A DNA stretch of 63,333 bases, counting the filler, from Octopus bimaculoides (lineage: Eukaryota), in NCBI RefSeq assembly GCF_001194135.2. It is 4 parts of 4 records of this genome, joined end to end, with 100 filler letters (N's around TTAATTAATTAA, not from the genome) between each part and the next. Parts side by side here need not be neighbours in the genome. Positions count along the whole stretch, not along the records: positions 32,626 to 58,647 come from NC_068995.1; positions 58,748 to 63,333 come from NC_068992.1; 2 more parts are not named here. The stretch is one strand, 5' to 3'. Each line of letters starts with the position of its first letter. Position 1 is the stretch's first letter. A program made the position numbers and the translations under genes. Under the pieces are notes generated by a model, which saw only the letters and a program-made list of their open reading frames with translations, made no database searches and had not been told where the DNA came from. Below, one piece after another: positions 54,174-63,333 of this stretch.

Positions 54174-54348
54174 GAGGGCCAGAAAAAGGGAATGGATGCC
54201 AAACCAGAAAAAGAGGGCCACGAAAAGGGAATGGATGCCAAACCAGAAAAAGAGGGCCACGAAAAGGGAATGGATGCCAAACCAGAAAAAAAGGGCCACA
54301 AAAAGGGAATGGATGCCAAACCAGAAAAAGGGAATGGATACCAAACCC
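54174..54348 (+). repeat. 39-bp minisatellite, about 4.5 copies
   Basis: Unit CGAAAAGGGAATGGATGCCAAACCAGAAAAAGAGGGCCA. Confidence 0.95.
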
Positions 54349-54431
54349 AGCGACTAAAAAATAAAAGCATTGCAGTGGATTCAACATGTTATTCTAATGT
54401 GACACATGCACCCACTCCCCTTCTCTCTCTG

Positions 54432-54470
<39 letters not shown>

Positions 54471-54511
54471 NNNNNNNNNNNNNNNNNNNNNNNNNNNNNN
54501 NNNNNNNNNNN

Positions 54512-54563
<52 letters not shown>

Positions 54564-55216
54564 GTGTATTTTTATACACACAGATATTTATGCATATATA
54601 CATACACACATATATAAATGCACACAAACATACACACACACACACACACACACATATCTATATCTCCATTTATGGTAGACAGATAGATATTTTCACACAT
54701 GTTTCTTTTTACACACACACATTTATGTGTGTGTGTGTAGGGAGAGAGAGAGAGAGAGTGAGAGAGAGAGGGAGAAAGAGTGTGTGTGTGTGTGAGGGAG
54801 AGAGAGAAAGAGACTGAGATAGAGAATGCAGAGGTATAAACAGAGTAAGCAGTAATTGATTTGTAGCGCCATGCAATTAAGGAACATGGAAATGTCTTTA
54901 CAATTTGACCTACCCACATAGGTGTGTCTGCTACAACAGAAACAACAGCTTCACCTCCACCACCACCACCGCCACCATCAACAGTAGTACTAACATCATC
55001 ATTATCATTACCAGCATCCCATTCATCACCAATGCATTCAACAGCCCACAAAGCACTGTCACTCTTACCACAAACACTATCAGCATCACCATCATTACAG
55101 CTATACCCCTATCATCATCATCACTAATATTACCACCTGTACCACAGCCATTTACTATCACTGATACCACCACCACCAGCACCACCACCACCACCACCCA
55201 CATCATCATCATCACC

Positions 55217-55248
<32 letters not shown>

Positions 55249-55897
55249 ATTTCAAACCAATTAAAAAGATTGCTGGCCCTGTTCGAAAATGCAACTGGAT
55301 CCCATTCCAATCACACTGAACCATCTCAAAAAAAAAAAAAGAGGGTCAGGTACATTGCATAATGTCTTCCTAATGGCTGGAAAAACTGTATCATCACACC
55401 TGGAATTTACCTTTGATCGTAGACCTGCTCAATCAGAGGTGACCTGCAGCTAAATAGCAACAACAACAACAACAACAACTATGCCACACACCAATAGACT
55501 ATAGGCGCATGAAATGGAGAGAAGCATCTCGATAACCATTAATTAAACCTAGTAGAAGCTTCATCCTCTTTTCTCTCACACTCTTCCCCTCTTGGAATCT
55601 CCATAACTGTCAGGAATTCTAAGGAGAAGGAGTAGGCTTCATCTGTTTCCTGGTTTAATCACATTCTACTCCACCGAATCACCTGAAGCCTCTCTTCTAA
55701 GATGTGAGTCGTTATGGCAGCTCCTCAACAGCAACACACCTGTTCTGCTCTGGTCCCTTCTCTCAAACTTTCACCCATCCTTTGCTGGTTACATCCTACT
55801 ATAAAGTTGCCCAACCCCTGATCTCAGATCCCTCAGAAGGCTTTGGTTAGCCCAAGGCTATAGTAGAAGACACTTGCCCAAGCCACACCTGCATTAA

Positions 55898-55938
<41 letters not shown>

Positions 55939-56171
55939 TGATAGTGTTGACAGAGTATGATAAGAATTACGTCTGCAACTACCTTCCAGAAAACGGTATT
56001 CATCCACCTCATTCAACATACAAAAACTTCATTACAGACAATACCTCTTAAAAGAAAATCTAATAATATTGTTTGACCTTTGGAATGATGCCAAAAACAT
56101 TCCATTTTCAGAATCTTCAAAAGTTCTTGTGTGACACAGAAACACACATACATAAGCATATGTTAATGAAT

Positions 56172-56202
<31 letters not shown>

Positions 56203-57114
56203 CACAAACATGGATACATATACATACAGATAAACATATTCGGGCACAGGAATGTGATTAAAAAGTTTGTCTTGAAACCAGATGCTTTCTAGTTCCGTGC
56301 TGCACAGCAACATGGACATCTGTCTTCTACGATTGCTTGTGATTGACAAATGCCTTCTGAGAGTATTTGGTAGATGAAAACTGTACAAAGCCCTTGTCTG
56401 TGAGAATGTTTACAATCTGGGATTACAAGAGCTTATAGTCGGAGATCTTCACTGTCATTTCCCTCTCAACATACCATCCAGTAGTTCTGCATGGTATGAA
56501 ACACGTGCATGGAAAATCATAGAAAGGTAAGCTGCAAGAAAGGCATCCAGCTCTAAAACACTGTTTCCACAATATGATAGAGAGACATAAACAAGAGTCT
56601 TGCTATAGGAAGAAAAACATGGGTACCTCGGCCAGAATGGGAGTAGAGATGGAGGTGAGGCATCAGTGTACACCATCAAGGTATCTGAAGAGGAAGAAAA
56701 AGAGAAAAGGGACAGGGGATCAAAGATTTGTAAGAGTGTCAAAAGAGCCACTGAGAGAAAAGATGAGGGTAAGATATATGAATGCAGTAAATGGTGAATA
56801 CAAATGAAAACAGGAAAGAAATATTTTTCCTTCTTTTTAATAGGAAAGCATTCAAAGAATCGGAGAAAATCTTAAGGTTGATATAAAGAACATTCAAGGC
56901 TGGTGACTTGAAATGGTTGCAATGATAGAACTGAAAACAAGTCTAAGAATATATGCGCTTCTCACATATCCACTGCATGGTGTAGCAATCAATTATGAGT
57001 TAATTAAAATGCAGTTGGAATAGTCTAGACAGTTGCCTGCAGGATTGGAAACAATATTCAGTTAATATAAAGTTGAAACTGAATATACATACACACACTC
57101 ACACACACACACAC

Positions 57115-57197
<83 letters not shown>

Positions 57198-57409
57198 GAG
57201 CAAAAATAATGTGAAGAATTGTAAATGAATCTATCTTCTATCTTTATAAGCCAAGTTACCTTGCTTGGAAAAATGTAAATTTTGGTGACAGAAAGTGCAT
57301 GCAACCGTGGACACTCTGAGTCAATGAATTTCATCTGAGCCATCCATGCACATCCATGGAAAGATGGATATTAAACTGATGCTGCTGCTGATGATGATGA
57401 TATAAACAA

Positions 57410-57624
57410 AAGCTTCAAATTATGGCACAAGGCCACTAATTTCATGGGAGTTGGGTAAGTTGACTACGTGGACCCCAGTGCTCAACTGGTACTTATTTTA
57501 ATGACCCCCAAAAGAATGAAAGGCAAAGTCAAGCTTGATGGAATTTGAATTCAGAAAGTAAAGACCGACAAAATATCACCGAGCACTTTGCCTGATTTGC
57601 TAACAACTCTGCCAAATTGCTGCC

Positions 57625-57625
<1 letters not shown>
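57410..57625 (-). mobile_element. SINE family B, CpG-decayed
   Basis: Colinear with family B. CG sites are converted to TG/CA. Confidence 0.75.
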
Positions 57626-57661
<36 letters not shown>

Positions 57662-58322
57662 TGATGATGATGATGATGATGATGCAACACAACAAGGGAA
57701 GAATTAATGGCGAGAATGAAGCTATAGCTGATCATGGTGAAGGTTTCCGCCTGGCATGTCTGAAACTGCCTGCATCAGGGCTCGTGATCCAGCCTCGGAT
57801 GGTCATTATATCACAACAGATCATATACATGGTGTGCACAAAAACACAAAAATAATTCATTTACTATTTCCTATTTCAGGGCTGCCTCTGAACTCTCTCT
57901 CTCTCTCTCTCTCCGTCTCCCTCTCTCTCTCTCTAACTTCATTATTCAAAATCATGGGGCTACCATGTATTTCCTTTCCTACAGAAACAAACTGTGACAC
58001 ATTGTTTCTTTCCAAATTTTATAATTTCAACATTCTTTTTTAGTATTTCTATTTCTGACCCCTCCCCCATCTCACTCTCTTTCTCTCTCCCAAAGTTTCT
58101 TCTGTGTAACAGGTGTTGTATTTAGTTCACCTGGAAATTACAAAACGCTTCAGCCTTCAGCTCATACAGAAATACATAAATAGATATATAAGATATACCC
58201 AAACACACTCATATACATATGCACACACATACACAGATGCAAATATATATATATATAGACATGCACACACCTACACACATGCTTATAGATATATACACAT
58301 ACACCCACACAAATGTACAGAC

Positions 58323-58647
58323 ATATTTCTGAGGGACAACCTGTTGAAAGCCACCGACCAGATTTGTGGGTGGTGTAAGGTCCCCTCCCAACCCAGAGTA
58401 ACGTGGTGGTGGAACAAGGAGGTAGACAGGGCTATTAGACAAAAGAAACAGGCTTGGAAGGACTGGAAGAACGGTGGTAGCAGGGAATTGTACCAATGTG
58501 CCAGAAGGGAGGCTAGGCGACAGGTTTATTTAGCCAGAGGGGAAGCAGATAAGGAAAGATTTGCCAATGTTCTGCGCCGTGAGGACCAAAGACTCGAGGT
58601 ATTTCGTGTTGCAAGACAGTGTAGGAGAGAGAATAGTGATGTTGTAG
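58323..58647 (+). mobile_element. RTE-clade LINE ORF2 fragment (endonuclease-RT linker), open frame
   Basis: DNLLKATDQICGWCKVPSQPRVTWWWNKEVDRAIRQKKQAWKDWKNGGSRELYQCARREARRQV, with no stop over about 105 codons. Truncated by the scaffold spacer. Confidence 0.85.
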
Positions 58648-58747
58648 NNNNNNNNNNNNNNNNNNNNNNNNNNNNNNNNNNNNNNNNNNNNTTAATTAAT
58701 TAANNNNNNNNNNNNNNNNNNNNNNNNNNNNNNNNNNNNNNNNNNNN
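58648..58747. other. Artificial 100-bp scaffold spacer
   Basis: 44 N + TTAATTAATTAA (58692-58703) + 44 N. Confidence 0.95.
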
Positions 58748-59431
58748 TGTAATTATATTGAAAGAGTCGCTGAGGTTTTCTATTTCGGCAAGTTTCCGGA
58801 TTCGTTATAAAAACCAGAATAATATTTTTTCAGATATATTTGTGAGTATTGTGAGTGGTGTTAAATCAACCAAATCTTCATGTTCGTAGTACTTCAAAGT
58901 GAAAGTTATTGTTTGTTTGAAGTCCAGGCAGCAAGTAAAATTTTGATATTGGTGTGTTTTACTGTTGATGGGGTGAGTTACATACATAAAGTAACACACA
59001 TATATATTAACACATACGTGTTAATATATGCGTGTTAATGAAGCCTATCTCTGTCCCTGTGTGTGTCTGTCTCTGTCTTCAGATATGTGTGTGTGTTTGT
59101 ATGTCAGTCATCACAAAAATTTATGTATACTGACAGACAGAAACACTGTCACATACATGCTTGTCAGTCATCGGCCTAACATACGTAATGAACTCGCAAA
59201 CACATAGAAAATGTGATGTAATTGTCGTCGTCGTGGTGGCGATGGAAAAAGATGTTAGCAATAGGGGACTAAAAGAAAAATGATAATCTTAAATTTTTGT
59301 AATGCAAACAATTGAATGAAAATATAGTTTAGTTGGTAGCCAAAAGCATACTGAATCTTTTGATACCCCATATGTCAAAAACGGCAACTCGGTTTTGGAA
59401 TGCATAAGGAACATACACACACACATACAAA

Positions 59432-59467
<36 letters not shown>

Positions 59468-60661
59468 TTTGTATGTGTGTGTGTATGTTCNNNNNNNNNN
59501 NNNNNNNNNNNNNNNNNNNNNNNNNNNNNNNNNNNNNNNNNNNNNNNNNNNNNNNNNNNNNNNNNNNNNNNNNNNNNNNNNNNNNNNNNNNNNNNNNNNN
59601 NNNNNNNNNNNNNNNNNNNNNNNNNNNNNNNNNNNNNNNNNNNNNNNNNNNNNNNNNNNNNNNNNNNNNNNNNNNNNNNNNNNNNNNNNNNNNNNNNNNN
59701 NNNNNNNNNNNNNNNNNNNNNNNNNNNNNNNNNNNNNNNNNNNNNNNNNNNNNNNNNNNNNNNNNNNNNNNNNNNNNNNNNNNNNNNNNNNNNNNNNNNN
59801 NNNNNNNNNNNNNNNNNNNNNNNNNNNNNNNNNNNNNNNNNNNNNNNNNNNNNNNNNNNNNNNNNNNNNNNNNNNNNNNNNNNNNNNNNNNNNNNNNNNN
59901 NNNNNNNNNNNNNNNNNNNNNNNNNNNNNNNNNNNATATATATATGTATGTATGTATGTATATATACATACTTTTTTAAAACCAAAACAATGTTAAAAAG
60001 TTAAAAAAATTAAGAATGCAATCGATCGTTAGTTCTGTAACTTATGTAGACTGGTGGATATTCAATGCATTATACTATTTATACATGGTATATTCTGGTT
60101 ATTATTTTAATTCTAAAGGAAGATAGAGTAAGGAAAGAGAAAAGACAAAGTGAATAAGAAATAATGAGAGATTAGTTCTTTCCATGTTTTTTCATCTGTC
60201 AATGACAAACCAGTCTTTTGAAGTTTAAAATCAGGTGGTATTATTCTGTTTTTCAAACTTTTCTTCATTGAATTAGTTATATGTTGAGTGTTTGTGTGTG
60301 CTAAAATGTGTTATAGAAAGAAAGGAGATGTAAAATATTAAACAAATTTAGATTTAATTGTGTAAACATAATGCTTTGAAAAAAAAATGTTTTTACTATT
60401 TCCATACATGAAAACAAGTATTTTCAAGCAACGTAGTGCTCTTATGAGAAATTATGAGTTAACAAGGGAAATTGAAATGCATGATAATGATCATGGGATG
60501 TACATTTAAATGACAAATTTCTGTCATGAATCTACATCAAAATGCCACTGTGGATGTGTGATTCAATGTTGTTCTTTTAGAGCACAGAAACTCAAAAATA
60601 TCAGATACTTAGAAAAGGATAAGAAATGAGTAAGAACTTACATACTACCTGTGTGTGTGTG

Positions 60662-60930
60662 TGTTGTGTCGACGCCCCCAAGCGAAGAAGTAGGATCGCC
60701 CAAGACATATAAATAGAGGTACTCTGACCGTGGTAGAGAAGTTGAGTAGCTCTTGGGCAGCAGTCGAGTAGAGATCATCCGAAGGTGCTAGATAGCAGTA
60801 GCTTGAGACATAACAGTGTGCATGTGTATATTAAAGTGTGTGTGTGTGCCATTGAAGTTGGTCTCTGAATAAAGCACTTCAAGAAAAAGACCACAATCAC
60901 TATTCAAAATTCTGCTGTAGTTCTCTTACA
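60662..60930 (+). mobile_element. Probable solo LTR
   Basis: TG...CA ends, TATAAATA at 60708-60715, AATAAA at 60868-60873, GC- and CpG-richer than its flanks. No clean target-site duplication. Confidence 0.5.
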
Positions 60931-61924
60931 CTTTCTCAAGACTTGCTGCGTCAGTTGCCTATTTCTGCTACTTGGGTTCCCATATTTCCTCTAGAAGCAC
61001 AAGTTAACATTCATAAAGTGATAATACAGCCAGCATCCAACTAGGTATGGAAAATTTGAAATGTACTACAGTTGTCACATGATCTAAAACAACACCTCTT
61101 TCATGCTACAGTAGAATCTGCTTTGCTCTAAGGCACTGAGTATTGGTTTCTTTACAGTGGCCCCAAGGTAATCACTAGACAGAACATACATATGACTTCT
61201 GTGTAAAGACTTTAACACCTCTAATGCCAGCCACATATGAAACAAATCTGTATATGGATCTGTACCACTCATCTGCTGGATAATCAAATTAAGATACTGT
61301 TTTCATCAAACAAATCAACCTGTCACAACAATTATTTTCTATAACCCCATGGTGATGTTGAGTGAGCAGTTTGGAGGTAGAAATCCACTCACAATGCTTT
61401 GGCCAGTTAGAGGCTATAGTTCAAGACACTTGCCCAAGATTCTACAGTGTGTGGTTGAACCTGAGACTATGTGGTTGAGAAACAAAGTTATAATGTGTGT
61501 GTATGTGTATGTATAATTGAAGGGATACTTTCAGTTTCCACCTACCAAATCCACTGAAAGACTTTTGTTGTCTCAGATTCTTAACATAAGTCACCTGCTG
61601 AAGGTGCCACAAGATACAAGAGATTCAGAAACCATGTTCTTTGGAAATAAACCTCTTAACCAAATAGCCATGCTGGCATCTACCAATGCTTGGCATGTAT
61701 ACATATATACATGACATTCTTTTGTTGAAAATATGACTTTTGGAATTTTCACAACAAAAATATATTCAAACAATAAAAAAAATAGTACTGTCTCTTTTGC
61801 TAATAGTTTCCTGTTCAACAGAGGAATGGCTTCCAAAACAAGAACAAGACAATTCCTAACAAAAACAACATATATGTATATATCTATATCTATATTTAAA
61901 TTTATATCGATATTTCTATTCATA

Positions 61925-62265
<341 letters not shown>

Positions 62266-62618
62266 TGAGAGTGTGTATAAACTTCTGTGCATATCTTTAT
62301 CTTTTGCCAAAGAAAATGAAGAGCAGCAGACATAGACAGATTGACGGTCATACAACAACATAGATGAATATATTTATACATTCCACAATAGTAAAATCAG
62401 TGATTGTTTATTACTTATTTCACTGAAATTATCATTTACTATACTATTTTAACTTCTCACATGATATTGTCTACTTTGAATAAAGTGTAATATATTCTAA
62501 CAAAAATTTTTTGTCAAATGAAAGTAAACAGACAGACTGTATTTCCTGCAGCATCTATGTTTCAGCTAGGTGTGCATGTGTGTGTAAGTATATATATGCA
62601 TATATACCTACACATATA

Positions 62619-62669
<51 letters not shown>

Positions 62670-62700
62670 NNNNNNNNNNNNNNNNNATATATACATACAT

Positions 62701-63333
62701 CAGTGGCGTACGGTGACTTCCGGGGTTGGGCATGCAATGAATTTCTCTTCCCCCCACCCGCCACACTGGCAATTTTTCATTAAAAGAATTTTCGTATTTC
62801 TACGATTTACATACGGGAGATTCTGAATATGCAGTCACCCCCGTATGATCTAGAATAAGCAGGGAATAAAAAATGGCTCTGTAGAGATGAGCCTGAAACA
62901 GGTGTATTGTTTGTATTTTTCTCTCTCTTCGAAACATCAGTACTTTCCCCTCCTCACTCACCCTTAAAAATGTCTAAAATTCATAAGTGAAATGGAATAA
63001 AGATGATATTGGATTCTGTTAATATTTTTGCATATGCGGAATCTCTGTTAAAGGTAGGAATTCGAAAAAAATTTTCACAAAATTTCGTTTTTCAAAGGGG
63101 TGCGATTCTGCATTAGCCCCTATACCTATTGGTTCAGCTGAATCAATTTGAATTGATTTAATAAAGAGAACACATTTAGTTACATTATATGGCCATGGTT
63201 TTAGATAGTTACGCTCTCGAAGACAAGTCAGGTGCTTTATCCTGCTACTTGTCAATTCCGGGAAAAATGTTGATACTCAAGCAGACTGTTCTGAGACTTA
63301 CTGAACTCCGTATATTAAAAGACTACGTCTCAC
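62701..63333 (-). mobile_element. hAT (Tip100/ZMYM1-like) transposon 3' end with transposase C-terminal remnant
   Basis: Terminus CAGTGGCGTA at 62701. Minus-strand FPELT..LTC..NYLK(TM)..SIQIDSAE..FEKRNFVKIF resembles the hAT dimerisation domain. Confidence 0.45.

Noticed and set aside
59409-59490. Perfect 82-bp palindrome centred on (AT)n
   Set aside because: It ends exactly at a gap. This is typical of an assembler turning round in a self-complementary (AT)n tract, not a real cruciform.
62876-62905. GGCTC..GAGCC hairpin followed by GAAAC
   Set aside because: No CUGANGA box upstream.

Overview
AT-rich, microsatellite-saturated eukaryotic DNA with about 7 kb of N gaps. From the SINE families and the (TA)n/(CA)n/(TAGA)n/(CAT)n profile I infer a coleoid cephalopod, most likely Octopus; this comes from pattern recognition, not a search. 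No host protein-coding gene could be recognised, and almost all ORFs in the track are translations of microsatellites or gaps. The window is four pieces (1-15732, 15833-32525, 32626-58647, 58748-63333) joined by identical 100-bp spacers (44 N + TTAATTAATTAA + 44 N), so adjacency across those points is not established. Recognisable content: dozens of tRNA-derived SINE copies from at least five families, LINE relics (L1/Tx1, RTE, R4/Dong-type), a decayed mariner plus a mariner MITE, hAT ends and a probable solo LTR. The most notable signal is a set of minimal type-I hammerhead ribozyme motifs of the Penelope/retrozyme kind. Two have intact catalytic cores (7918-8020 plus; 46205-46243 minus). Two are decayed, one of them inside a tRNA-headed SINE-like element. 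CpG content also drops sharply from about 32.6 kb onward, consistent with a historically methylated (gene-body-like) domain.
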